In this document: piece by piece, positions 46,157-58,897 of the stretch | How positions within the stretch are numbered: position 1 is the first letter of the stretch | How the letters are laid out: each line of letters begins with the position of its first letter | Source of the DNA: Selaginella moellendorffii | Lineage: Eukaryota > Plantae > Lycopodiophyta | Assembly (NCBI RefSeq): GCF_000143415.4 | Contig: NW_003314270.1 | Coordinates: 124,001-188,000, forward strand | Reading direction: 5' to 3' | DNA: 64,000 nucleotides | The notes under the pieces: model-generated | What the model saw: only the letters and a program-made list of their open reading frames with translations | Database searches by the model: none | What the model was told of the DNA's origin: nothing | Made by a program: the position numbers and the translations under genes

Positions 46157-47679
46157 TGGTTTTCAGGTCCTGGCGGCGGGACTGAGATTTTTTTTCCAGG
46201 CTTTTCAATCGCCAATTATATATTCATCTTTGTTCCAAAAAAACGCTCGTTCGGCAAGCAATGTGTGAGTCAGAAAATCTCTCGTTTAGTAATGTGCAGG
46301 CAATCAACGTACACCCCCAGAAAACAAGAGTTCGCAAAAGGTCAAATCACGCGTGCTCTACCTTTAGATCAACAACTGGATGATCCGAGCTAGACGATTC
46401 CAAGGCAAGAAGAAGGAGCTTTTGGCCGGACGAAAGACGCAGGATACCGTGTCTTCTATCATCGATGCCTTGGACTTAGCCGAGGAAGAAGGGACAAGGT
46501 TGGGTATAATCTGTAGCTCCAAAAAGCTCACCATTTCAGGCATGTATTTGCAGGAGGCTGGAGAATAAACGAAGTCCCAACTCAACGTGATGATGCTCGG
46601 TCAAGCAGTGGATCCTTGAAGCCTTGAAGCTGCTGAAATACGTCAAGCAGTGGATCCCAGGTACAAGCTTCTTCTTTTCGTGTGGATCTTTCTTTCACTG
46701 ATTGGAGTTCTTACGTTCAAAGGTGGAAACTGTAGGAAGAGTAGCGACGATGCTACTGCGCATCCACCACGAACAACTCATTGCCACACCGTCAGCTCGT
46801 GCTACTCTAGAAACCAGCAATCAAGAAATTCGCGGGAGCGTGCGAGTAAACTTCTCTCCCTCTCTTTCCCCTCCTGTTTCTTCCCTTGACTGACCTGTGG
46901 ATTTTTCAGAGGCGAGAGGAGTTTCTCATCCACTGAAAGCTCTTTATCAGTTTCTAAACCAGCAAGAAACTTCTCCAGGCAAGTCCCTCCGATCCAGAGA
47001 ATTTCCCTTTCATTGTTCTCGGCAACAAGGGCGGAGGGAACAGTAGAGTTGTGCTTAATCTCTCTCGCTTCTTTCTCTTACGCTTGTGTGCCTAGGTAGC
47101 CAAGGCCTGGTGTGCTTCCAAGGGAAACATTCCAGGGAAGTCTACAACGTAGAAGCAGCCTCTCAATGCATTCCCAAAATGCCTTGAGGACGAAGACTTG
47201 TATATTTTCTTCTTGTGATCTTTCGAGTGCTAAGTTTCCATTTAATCCTGGCAGCTTCTTCCGGACAACGATCAAAACCGGGCGCTGGCCTCCACACGAT
47301 CCACTTGCCTGGAGACCAGGCAAGTTCTGTAACTTAGATCCTGGCTTTTCACAGGTTTTACAGCAGTTTGTGTGAATGTTCTTGTGAGGTTGTTTGTTTC
47401 CTCCTTCCAGGAATTCGATTCGTTGTCGAGCTTTAAATTTTTCCAGCGTTGTAACCAGCGGGAACAACCAGGTCGAGAGGGCTATGGGAAGAATCATGGA
47501 GCGAAGCGTTTCTGAAAGGAAAAAAATGGAGAACAATCGGCCTACCAGAAAGAATCCGCCGAGCCCTTGACGAGCTTTCGGGCTCCCTCCATCTCCCTAA
47601 AATTTAAATTTGAAAGGGTCTATTAATATTTAAACGTTGATTATTAGTTTTGGGTTAGGTCAAGTGGGTTGTTTCAAGG

Positions 47680-48720
47680 ATGCTGTCTGTTGCGCGGAGC
47701 TTCTTCACGGGCAAGGATCGCTTCTTGGATGCGAAGAAAAAGGTGGTGTTTGTGGGGTCTTTGCCTTTTACTCGTCAGCGGGTACCTGGTGTGATGTGCT
47801 GCAGCACCAAGGAAGACTTCGAGACCATGCGGCAGAAGCTGCCTTCTATGGACCTGGGTGGTTTGGAGCGGCCTCTGGGAGATCTCGCAGACGTGATCCA
47901 CAACCTGGGTGCTTGGGCTGATGCAAGCGAGGCGCTGCAGTCCGAACTGAAGCTGAAGGCCAACTACAGCCGCTTCACCGGGGGCCCTCTTTTCTTCCTT
48001 GTCTATGACTGCATCAGGATGGTCGCTGAAAGCCTGACCACAATCTACCGCGACTCGTGTGAGAGCGAGCTCGATGCTCGCACCAGATCCGTGCTTGCGA
48101 AGGCCCTGCGACAATACCGTAAGGGTCGTCGGCGTCGGATCGTCAGGCTGGAAAACCGGGACCCCACTGCCTGGGCCAACTTCCAGATGTTCGCGGCATG
48201 CTTGTGTCTTTCGCTGGAGAATCGTTTGGGCCTGGCTGAAGCGGAAGTGGAAATCCTAGCAAACGTCGTGGTTCCATTCCACCGAGCGGTCGTCACCAGG
48301 TATGCCCAGGGGTTTGGCGAGGAGGCCCGGGGTGTGATCATGGAGGCGTTGGCTCCAGATAACGGGGCGGAACTAGGGCTAGCGTTACGAGAATGGGTGA
48401 CGTACTGTAATGTTTGTGGTTATGGCTGGCACAAAGACACCCCTGGGCCACATCCAGCGGTTTGGAGCCGGTACACCACTGATCCAACAAGGGAGTATGC
48501 ACGCCTCCTAAATGCACAGGCTATGTTGTCCAAGCTGATCGAGAAGAAGAACCCCCATGCGGCAAAGCTACCAAGAACGAGCAAAGTGGCTGTGCTTCAC
48601 TATGGCGAGTACGTGGAGCAACACAGGCCTGCTGGTGTCACTTCTCCTCCAGAGTTACCACCGCCGGTATGTTTTCTTAGTTTTGCCAGCATTCTTTTTA
48701 ACGGCAGGACATGCAGATAA
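47680..48720 (+). CDS. Gene B copy 2 (unknown protein)
   Basis: Intact ORF, highly similar to 14239-15282. Confidence 0.7.
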   Translation: MLSVARSFFTGKDRFLDAKKKVVFVGSLPFTRQRVPGVMCCSTKEDFETMRQKLPSMDLGGLERPLGDLADVIHNLGAWADASEALQSELKLKANYSRFTGGPLFFLVYDCIRMVAESLTTIYRDSCESELDARTRSVLAKALRQYRKGRRRRIVRLENRDPTAWANFQMFAACLCLSLENRLGLAEAEVEILANVVVPFHRAVVTRYAQGFGEEARGVIMEALAPDNGAELGLALREWVTYCNVCGYGWHKDTPGPHPAVWSRYTTDPTREYARLLNAQAMLSKLIEKKNPHAAKLPRTSKVAVLHYGEYVEQHRPAGVTSPPELPPPVCFLSFASILFNGRTCR

Positions 48721-48988
48721 GATTGGATCCCTTTCTATATTTTTAGGTCCGTGCTCTCTCCTTTCCACTTTCGTCTCTTTCTAGGCCTTATAGGTTTTTA
48801 GCACCAAAACAAAGCCAAAGTCGAAAAACACTAAAATTCTTGAAGTCCGAAGATCCAGTGGAATTTAAAACATTAATGCAATTTTTGTTTAGCAAAATAA
48901 ACTAATTGAAGTGGAATGCCACAGGCCTCAAACTTGAACACTTGAAAAACACGTGGCTCCACATTACAGGAGTTTAACCAATGACTAA

Positions 48989-49062
48989 GGCCTATTAGCT
49001 CAGTTGGTCAGAGCATGGTGCTAATAACGCCAAGGTCGCAGGTTCGAAACCTGCATAGGCCA
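48989..49062 (+). tRNA. tRNA-Ile(AAT)
   Basis: GGCCTAT/ATAGGCC-A acceptor stem, A box TAGCTCAGTTGG, anticodon loop CTAATAA, T arm GCAGG-TTCGAAA-CCTGC. Confidence 0.93.
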
Positions 49063-49116
49063 GTTATTCTGAATGTGACTATTGTTATACAATTTTGTTT
49101 AACAATCAATATGAAT

Positions 49117-49190
49117 ATGCTAGAGTCCTCTAGAATATATGGGAACACTCTAGAGTGTCCTAGAGGTGTCATCCCAGTGTATAAAAGAGG
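49117..49190 (+). promoter_or_regulatory. HSE-like array and TATA box
   Basis: TCTAGAATATATGGGAACACTCTAGA...TATAAAA. Confidence 0.7.
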
Positions 49191-49263
49191 AGCAATCGCT
49201 CACATCCAGCATTGATCAAGTCTATTTGTTTCTAGCATTCACCCAGCAAATCTCTTTGCCCAC

Positions 49264-49683
49264 ATGGCTTTGTATTTCTACGGCAATGGCGGCTCAAACA
49301 TCTTGGATCCCTTTGAGGAGATCTCGTCCATCTTTTCTTGTGACAACAGCAGCGCCGTCGCCAACACTCGCGTGGATTGGCTCGAGACACCCGAGGCACA
49401 CATCTTCAAGGCCGATCTCCCGGGTGTGAGTAGAGAGGAAGTGAAGATCAGCGTGGAGGACGGCCGCACCCTCCAGATCAGTGGCGAGAGGAAGAAGCAC
49501 GAGTCTGACAAGAGCGATAAGTGGCACCGCGTGGAGCGCAGCCATGGCAGCTTCTTGCGGAAATTCCGGCTGCCCGAGAGTGCGAATGTGGAGGCAATCA
49601 AAGCTACAGTAGAACACGGTGTCCTCACTGTCACAATTCCAAAGATCCCCAAGCCACAGCCAAGAACAATCCAAATAGAATAG
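49264..49683 (+). CDS. Small heat shock protein HSP20, copy 2
   Basis: Intact alpha-crystallin domain ORF of 139 aa. Confidence 0.95.
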   Translation: MALYFYGNGGSNILDPFEEISSIFSCDNSSAVANTRVDWLETPEAHIFKADLPGVSREEVKISVEDGRTLQISGERKKHESDKSDKWHRVERSHGSFLRKFRLPESANVEAIKATVEHGVLTVTIPKIPKPQPRTIQIE

Positions 49684-50837
49684 AGAGCGGTAAAATGATG
49701 GGAATAAAGTGAAAGCTCTCTTTTAACTTTCATTTCTAATTATTTTACAATTAATAATATTAAATGATGTTTTCTTTCAATCTTAATTTGAGTTTAAGAA
49801 TTATAAACATTTTTGGTTTGATGTTAACATGCGAATATTCTTTGCCTTGCAGATAACATTGGCAAGAATCGAACCCGAAACGCATGCTCTGGGAAACCGA
49901 TGTCCTAACTGACTGGTCTAAGTTCTTTTAGTGAGCTAGCGAACCAGAACAAGGGCTACTTAAAGAGCAAGATTTTTGCATAAAAGTCCCTGTTGATTGG
50001 ACCCTTCGGCATCGAACCCGGGTCTTCTATACCGGTTTACCTCTACACTTACCTGGTAGCCATTATCTCAGCAACCGGGTTCCAATAACAATATATCATA
50101 CCATCTATTTGAACCATATGGCATCCATGGCACTCTGTTAAATCCCGGATCGACCCGCATTCTCGCTGCTCGAGGCCAGCGTTTCGTCCTTGGCAGAAGC
50201 GCTTCCCCGATTTTAGAGGTAAGAGGACGGGATCTAGATGGATCCGGGCGCCGCTCCTCTTCCCAAAATACTTGACGACCACCGCGTGGTGGGATCCAAG
50301 GACGATAGTGGCGCTCTGGGTGTGGGGAGTTCGCTCAGTGGTGGATTAAACCACTCGGCCAAGGAAGGAAAATCGACAGGAGAGTTTTGTTCGAGATTTT
50401 CTCGCGAATGAAGAAGTGAGGAGAACAACTGGTAGCTCATTCCCGTCGCTCTGCTCGTCTGTAAATGTACCCAGGCAAGGATCGTAGATTGGCAGATCCA
50501 GGACCGTATCGAAAACACGGCCAGGTTTTGGGAGGCCTGATCAAATCTCACAAGAACGCTCTCTCGGCATCCAGTGAGTTTGCATAGAGCAAGCACAGTT
50601 TTTTTCATTATCCTCCTATTGTTCTTACTATTTTTATTTTCCTGTAAAAGAAAGAAAACGAACCCAAAAATGGTCATGAGTTATATAAGTTCTCTGAATG
50701 AAAATTTTCCACAGCGCCGCTCCTCCACCGCCAGATAGCCGCCAGAGCGCCACCACATCTGCCCAGATTTTACTACGATTGTTTTTAACGGTCAGGATTT
50801 GTTCTTCGTCTCTAAACCTCAAGAACCCTAAAATCAG

Positions 50838-52807
50838 ATGATTGGGCAAATCAATGTCGCGCTACGAGAAATGGCTCCAATCCAGCTGGACGGCGACGGC
50901 CGCGAGCGCGATCTCCTCTCCGGTAAGAACATCGGCTTGATCAACGCAATCATTGATGGATTTGCGAAACGGGGCAGGATGGATGAGGCACGCCGCATTT
51001 TCGATTCCATGGATCGGCGCACCGCGGCGTCGTGGAACTGCGTCATCGGCGGCTACGCACGGTGCGGCCAGCCGGATCTCGCGCTTCTGTTCTTTGGGCG
51101 GCTGCATGCCGAGGGGTTGGATCCAAACGGCCGGAGCTTCGTCGCGGCTCTCCAGGCGTGTTCTTCGCTGGCCGCTACAGAAAAGGGGGTGAGAGATTTA
51201 CAGGGGAGGATCATCAAGCTCAGGAGCCTCAAGAGAGGATTGGCTCTTCATTCCCAGCTCCGGAGTGGTGGATTCTTGGTGGACAGGTTCGTGGCGAGCG
51301 CCCTGGTGGATTTCTATGGAAAGTGTGGCACCGTGAGAGAAGCTCTAGAGATTTTCCAGGCTGCCAAGTTGGGAACAAAGGACGTGGTTTTGTGGAGTGC
51401 CATGATCAGCGCTTGCTCGCAAGGAGGGGAAGACGAGCTAGCCTTGGAGCTCTTTGAGCTTATGCTTTTGGAAGATGGAGTGGAGGCGAATGCTCGGACT
51501 CTGGTGGCCGTGCTCGACGCTTGCACGAATCTGGGATGGCTGGACAGGGGCGGAGAGATTTACTCCAAGTTTGCAAGAACAGGGACAGGGATTTCGTCCA
51601 GCGTTTTCGTCTCCAACAGTCTGATGGATATGTATGCAAAGTGGGGGAGATTGCTGGATTGCCAGCGAGTTTTCGATGGGATGTTAGAGCGGGATTCGGT
51701 CTCCTGGAATGTTTTGATCATGGGATATGCAAAAGGTGGCGAGGCCCAGCGAGCTGTCGAGCTATTCACGGCCATGCAAGCGTTAGACGTGGTCGTCAGC
51801 TCCAGAACTTTGGTGGCGGTTCTCCAGGCATGCTTGGATATGGCCGAGAAGGAAGAGGCTCGGCTTGTGGATGGAAGGCCCTTGAAAGTGGCGTCGTTGG
51901 AGAAGGGATTGGCTTTTCATTTCCGGTTTCTCGACGGGCTGGAAGATGTTTACGCTGCAAACAACTTGATCAGTCTCTACGCTTGGTGTGGAAGTTTGGA
52001 TGATGCGGCTCGGGTTTTTGACAAAATGGTGATCAAAGACTTGGTTTCGTGGAACATCATGAGCTGGCCCTGCAGGAGTTTTCGAAAATGGGACTCCAAG
52101 GACTGAAACCGGACTCGCAGACTTTTGCATCGGTACTTAAGGCCTGTGGTGGTCTTGGAGCACTACAGGCTGGACAGGCAATCCATCGTCTGATCGAAGA
52201 AACTGGGGCCGAGAGCTCTCCGGCGGTGGCAAACTCGCTCATAAGTTTCTACGGCAAGTGTGGTGACATGGTGGAATCTCGGCGAGTGTTTGATGGGTTT
52301 CCAGACAAGGACGCAGTGTCTTGGAGTGCACTGATCGCGGGATACAGCCGTCAAGGGGACAGTGACGCGGTGTTTGATCTGTTCGAGAGAATGCAAGAGT
52401 TCGCCAAGCCGGACGCTGTGACATTCTCTTCAGTTCTATCGGTCTGCTGCCACGCTGGTTTGGTCGACAAGGGGATGGAATACTTTCACGCGATGTGCTC
52501 GGACTATGGACTTAGTCCGAGTGTGGAGCACGTAATCTCCATGGTTGATCTACTTGGACGTGCTAATCGGCTGGAGGATGCGCTTGCGATGGTGCAAAGC
52601 CTGCCCGTGGAAGAGGTGTGCTCCAGGATATGGATGGCTTTGCTTGGGGCTTGTTTCAAGTGGAAAAATGCAGTGATTGGAGAGGTAGCCTTTGATGCTC
52701 TGCCAAAGGTTGACGATCAAGGTGGTACAGCTTATGCTCTCATGGCAAACATATACTCAGGCTCAAATAATGAAAACTATGACAACCTTGAAGTGATTGG
52801 TACGTAA
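50838..52807 (+). pseudogene. PLS-PPR copy 2 with a 31-bp frameshifting deletion at ~52060
   Basis: Inverted copy of 5182-7173; sequence between two CATGA repeats is lost. Confidence 0.9.
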
Positions 52808-52874
52808 TGAAGTTTCTATGCCTTTGCAGTTATCTAACTCTTGTTGTTTTCTTTGCAGCTGGATCTTTGTGCTG

Positions 52875-54430
52875 TCACTTCAAGACATGAAGTGTGGACA
52901 GAGTTGGATCTGATGCTCCACTGATGGTAATTCCTGAAGCATGGGCTTGCTTCAAATAGCCAAGAGCCTCCTGCGAGACGAGCTCTCCACTCGAGGAAAG
53001 AGCACAGAAATACCAGGTGGATACGGGCACACGAGCTCAGCACTCGCTAGACCCACTGCTTCTTCAGCTTTGCAGCAGTAAGTTTCTGCAAAGAATGCCT
53101 CTCTTGGACTAACTAGTGCTTTCCATCCGATTTTGTAACAATCAGGCACTCGGGGTCTGGAATAAGAATCTATCGTCAATCTGAAAGAACTCGAAAGCTC
53201 TTGAAAGCCTTTGATAAGTTTCTCAATGTCGCTGCTGCTAGTGCCGGTTCCCATAGCAAAAGTTATGGAGTTCAGAAGAGGAAGCTCGGCCACCACCTTG
53301 CATTTATCGCACAGAAAGTCATCGGCAAAAGTTCCTGTGACTCCGAGCTCCCACAAACCAATGGTGATCCTAAGCTCATCAAAAATGGTATCAGCTTTGG
53401 CTGCCAAGCTCACATTTTCTCTATCAAGGACTAAAACTTGTGGGATTTGTTTCAGGCGTCGTCGAGCTGTGGAAGCCAGCTCCAGAGCTGTATCAAACAA
53501 TGGATGGTCATCGCTTGCTGCACAACTCATCTGGTCCCTTGCGGCATCGAGAGAGGCCAAGAGAAGGTAACTCGGACTGGAGCTTTGCAAGGTTCGAAGG
53601 CACTTGCTAATTCTCTCGTGCTTTACAATCTCGCAGCCTCTCGCAAGATGGAGCATCCCGGACTGCGTAAGAGACGAGAGTACCTTATGCGTGGATTGGA
53701 CAACAACGTCGGCTCCCTGCTCGAGTGCCGTTGCAGGAAACCTCGAGTGGAACTTGAAGTGCGCTCCATGAGCCTCGTCAACTATGATCGGGATACCATG
53801 CTCGTGACACACCTTTGCGATCTCCTCCACTGGGCTACACACTCCAAAGTAAGTTGGCGAGACAATCAGAACAGCTCCAATTCTCACGTCTTTTCTTTTC
53901 TGCAGATCCAAGATGGCCAACTCGATGCTCTCGGCGGAGACGCCGTGAGAAATCTCCCAGAGCTCGTCATAACAAGGAAGAACATAGTGAGGCATTGCTC
54001 CAGCAAGAACCATGGCTGAGAATGCCGAGACGTGGGCGTTCCTGGGGAGGATCAAAACGTCTCCGGGCTTGCAGCAGCTCATCACCGCCGCTTGAATTCC
54101 ACACGTAGAGCCGTTCACCAAGAACCACGAGTACCCTGCTCCGAAAAGCTCGGCGGCCATTTGCTGCGCTTCCGCTATAGCTTCTTGTGGCGAGTGCAAG
54201 TTATCCAGGCCTGGCAGCTCCGGGAGATCAAACTGGAAGGGTTGAGCTCCGAGAAGCTTGGAAATCGAAGAGGGCGCTGAGGAGCCGCGGCCGTGGCCTG
54301 GGAAGTGAAACGCAGCGACACGCTCCTCGCCGGTTCTCTTGAGAGCTTCTAGCAAAGGAGCTGAGGAAGAAGGGAGCAGTGACGGAGGATGATTGTTGAG
54401 CACCGTCGTCGGCATAGCCATCCACGCCAT
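52875..54430 (-). pseudogene. Orn/Lys/Arg decarboxylase copy 2 with 5-bp insertion frameshift near the C-terminus
   Basis: Near-identical to 3564-5114. TTTCCT-CGAGT-GGAGAG insertion at ~52990 alters the last ~37 aa. Confidence 0.85.
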
Positions 54431-55707
54431 GAATCGCTGAAGCACGAATACTCGATAAACGGTATTGTTTCAGGAATGTGAGATCCACAAACTTTTATCC
54501 AGCGACACAAAAGCCTCCAACCAATTCTTCTCTTCCACAAAAATGTGGAGCAAACGGAGGTGCTGTCATTCCTCCAGCAAAGGAGATATAACTCAAGAAT
54601 ATCTTAGCTTTTGTAATATCGACCAGAATCGAACCTGAAACGCATGCTTTGAGAAACGGAAGTCCTAACTGACTGATCTTTAAATAGTCCTTGCTTAAAG
54701 ATAAAAGAATAACCAATTCCTCGTATGAACAAGTAAATTTTGGCTTTTCTCACTGCTCGACCTTCCCAGATTCTGGGGGGATATTATCTATGGGTGGAAT
54801 GTTCTAGAGAGTTGACTCTGGTGGTTGATGAAAATGACTCAGCCAAAGATCCACAAATTTTCACAACCCATTTTCTTCCACAAGAAAGAACCTGGGTGTG
54901 GTCACTTGAACTCTAAGGTGAACTCGCTGTAAATACTCTGACCAAATTCAATCAAGTTTAGTAATTAAATAGCAAGTGATATGTATTATACTAACTTGCA
55001 CTTGCTCTTAGGATTGTTCCTTGTGGCAAATTTACACAGAGTCAAAAAGAGATTACCACCAATCATGTGGGATAGGAGTTCTTGGTGGACACGTTGTTAC
55101 TACTTTCTTTCTGTGATCCACAGGCTCCTATTAACCTCATCTTCCTATCCGGCTCAACCATCTTCAAATCAAATCTTCCAACCAGTCAAAACAATTTACA
55201 GCCAACCTGGCTTTGGGTTTCCACACTCCCGTTGCCCAGATCATTTTTCAGTTTGACATGATAGCCATATTTCATGGTACTTATTACGAAAGGTTTATGA
55301 ACTTAATAACATTTCTCAAAATAAGTCTTTGATAGCAACTGTTCAAGTTCCTACTTTTTGCTGCAAGACCTTAGTGTTGCAAGAAGCTCATTTGTGTCGC
55401 ACAATTTTTTCTCTTAGTTGATCATCAAAGTATAAGTTGTGAGGTTATATTCCCACTTCTATGATGGTCGGAGAGAGCATTGGAATGGTTTTCTGTTAGT
55501 GATACATCTAAGAAAGAACAAAAAAACATGCTTGTCCAGCATTGGTTCCCTGGTTTTTCTTCAAGGAAATTCAAGGGAAAAAATAAAATCTCAACTTTTG
55601 TACAAGCAATAGCTTATCTAGGTAGAAATCTTGGTGTTAGTATAGTTTTCATTCCATACATGGTGTTTTTATTTTTATATAGGTTTTTAAGTAGCTCAAT
55701 ATGGTTT

Positions 55708-57405
55708 TGTGAGTGCATGGAATATGGAAAGGGAATATAGAAAATATGCATATCAATTAACCTAAAAACCTGAGTGAGTGGTCCAGATTGAAACCAATAT
55801 GATTCTCACTATGCTAATATTAATATATAGCATTGTAACCGTACACTTAAACCTTATATCATCCCCTCCTCTTAGAATGATGGAAGACCATTAAAGTTCT
55901 CTCATAGATAAACCAAGATTTAGAAGAACATCAGGAGGAGGCATTGGTGGATTTGTATGTGGTATCAGTTGTTCCTGATCCCTTTCTATGAAGCATTTTA
56001 ACTGTTGTACATATACAATTTCTGGAGGATTGACCTATTGGATGTGATGCCGAACCTTCTAAACTTGCAGTCTAACTTGCCGCAACACCCAATATAGTCC
56101 TTTCCACCAAGAAAAGAGCCCCTTAGATAAACCACGTACCATAAGATAGAGAAAACAAACTAACATTAAATCATCCACTTTGTATTCCACAGGTGGATGA
56201 TAATAGAAGTTATAGTGCCATTGTTGTCCCATTTGTACGCGGCCTAGATATTTGGCAAACTCTACTTAAACAAGTGGAAAAATGCTCATCAAATACTAAT
56301 CCCACGACCTAGCATCGGCAGCTCATGGTAATCGCAAAGGTAAACCCAACTCCGTTGGTAATATTGAATCATGACCATATAAGAGTTTTTATAGTGAAGC
56401 ACCAATAGAACTCTGCACCCCTGTAACATATGCATATAGAAAAAATAGCAAATAACCATCCCAATCTAAATGCTGAAAGTTTATATATTTTGCGATCATC
56501 CTTTTAAATGTCTGAACGAGCCATTATAACAAACCGTCTATTTATGGATGATAAACACTCATAAAAGTGTGATGTATCCCCAAAGTACAGCTATAAATGT
56601 GGGACCATTATCTGAAAAAATTCACTCTGGACAAAATTGCTAAAACACCACTTGATTGAGGAGGAAATATCCAATAGTAGTTGTAGAGGCACTAGCAAAA
56701 GCTTTAACTTCCATTTAGCGAGTCAAATAGTTAGAAGCAATAATAATATACTTATTGCTAGCAGTCAATTGTGAAAAAGGTTATATAAGATCAAATGCCA
56801 CCAACTTAAACAAATGAAAAACTATAATTGACTCCAACCATCCTTCCACAACACAAAGGGGAGTATTACGAGCTTAGCACCAAACGCAACTACACATATA
56901 TTGAATAACATCATGTCATATCTTTGGCCAATAGAAAGACCTATGTAACTTCTTGGTCATATGACGAAATCCTATATGCCCGCTAAGAATAAGAGAATCA
57001 TGGTAAGCCTAGAGAAATTATGGAATAAAGATTAAAGGCACCATTGGCCATAAATGATCATCAGGATCTGTTCCCACAAAATAAAGAAAGCCTTCTTCAA
57101 GGTGATATTGAGAATATAAATGCCAGAATGGCAAATCATCAGCATGTGATACAGAACTCTCAAACTTATTTCGAAGCCTTTGAATGCACGACTCAATTTT
57201 TTGAGCCTCACAAACCTCATCAAGAAAAAGTAAATCTTGCTCTACACATTGTGGATACTGAACATCAAATACAATAACCGTTGACAGCATAGAATCCTCA
57301 TCTAGAAAATCCATAAATGCTGGAATAACAGGCTTATCAGAAAAAATGAGAAAATATCAAAGAAGGAAGAGGAACTCGATAAAGGGCATCAACATCAACC
57401 ATAAC
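55708..57405 (-). mobile_element. Gypsy 3' part (LTR 55708-55858, integrase), same insertion site as the element ending at 2276
   Basis: Flank identical to 2277 onward in reverse complement. Retains integrase-upstream sequence that is deleted in the first copy. Confidence 0.85.
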
Positions 57406-58897
57406 CGATTGGAAAAGGAGGTGCACTCTTGTTCATAGGCCCTTTCCCTCTATATTTGAATCTCTATGGACCATCTTTTAAGTCGTTCCCTTTGGTTGCT
57501 TACAACGTGGTTTTTACCCTTTTATCTTATGGTTACCATAGGATAACGGAACCTAAACCCTCTATATGCCACATGTCATATGCCACATGTCCAAAGGATA
57601 ATGGTGTGGAACCTGAGTTTCAGAGCCTTGAGCCATTGAACGAAAGAACAATGCCAAACTCCCAAGTATGGAGTTAATGAGTGATTGTAGCGCACATGAA
57701 TTTTAAGCTAAACTCTAAGCCCATTGCGCTACGAAACAAGGGTTCGATACAATCCCACAAACACCAACTCCCCATATCCAACACTTGCACACAAAATGGT
57801 GTTAGACGGTGTTTGGCACAATTTTGGAATATTGGTGGCCTAACGCAAGGAGGAGTACCCCATAGACTACAGTAGCATGGAGCTTAGACTTAGACCCAAG
57901 CCAAACGCAAGAGCAACACAGCCTAGTGGGAGCTAAACTAATGTCTCAAATTGTCAAACATGCATTCCAACCACTATCCTTACACCACGAACAACTCATT
58001 GCCATACCATTAGCTCGTGCTACTCTAGAAACCAGCAATCAAGAAATTCGCGGGAGCGTGTGAGTAAACTTCTCTCCCTCTCTTTCCCCTCATGTTTCTT
58101 CCCTTGACTGACCTGTGGATTTTTCAGAGGCGAGAGGAGTTTCTCATCCACTGAAAGCTCTTTATCAGTTTCTAAACCAGCAAGAAACTTCTCCAGGCAA
58201 GTCCCTCCGATCCAGAGAATTTCCCTTTCATTGTTCTCGGCAACAAGGGCGGAGGGAACAGTAGAGTTGTGCTTAATCTCTCTCACTTCTTTCTCTTATG
58301 CTTGTGTGCCTAGGTAGCCAAGGCCTGGTGTGCTTCCAAGGGAAACATTCCAGGGAAGTCTACAACGTAGAAGCAGCCTCTCAATGCATTCCCAAAATGC
58401 CTTGAGGACGAAGACTTGTATATTTTCTTCTTGTGATCTTTCGAGTGCTAAGTTTCCATTTAATCCTGGCAGCTTCTTCCGGACAACGATCAAAACCGGG
58501 CACTGGCCTCCACACGATCCACTTGCCTGGAGACCAGGCAAGTTCTGTAACTTATATCCTGGCTTTTCACAGGTTTTACAGCAGTTTGTGTGAATGTTCT
58601 TGTGAGGTTGTTTGTTTCCTCCTTCCAGGAATTCGATTCGTTGTCGAGCTTTAAATTTTTCCAGCGTTGTAACCAGCGGGAACAACCAGGTCGAGAGGGC
58701 TATGGGAAGAATCATGGAGCGAAGCGTTTCTGAAAGGAAAAAAATGGAGAACAATCGGCCTACCAGAAAGAATCCGCCGAGCCCTTGACGAGCTTTCGGG
58801 CTCCCTCCATCTCCCTAAAATTTAAATTTGAAAGGGTCTATTAATATTTAAACGTTGATTATTAGTTTTGGGTTAGGTCAAGTGGGTTGTTTCAAGG

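Noticed and set aside
50044-50062. ACACTTACCTGG resembling the U1 snRNA 5' end
   Set aside because: Downstream sequence does not follow U1 stem-loops or the Sm site; it is part of the dispersed repeat.
57405-57985. Unique spacer between the Gypsy remnant and the tandem duplicate
   Set aside because: No termini, convincing ORF or homology within the window; left unannotated.
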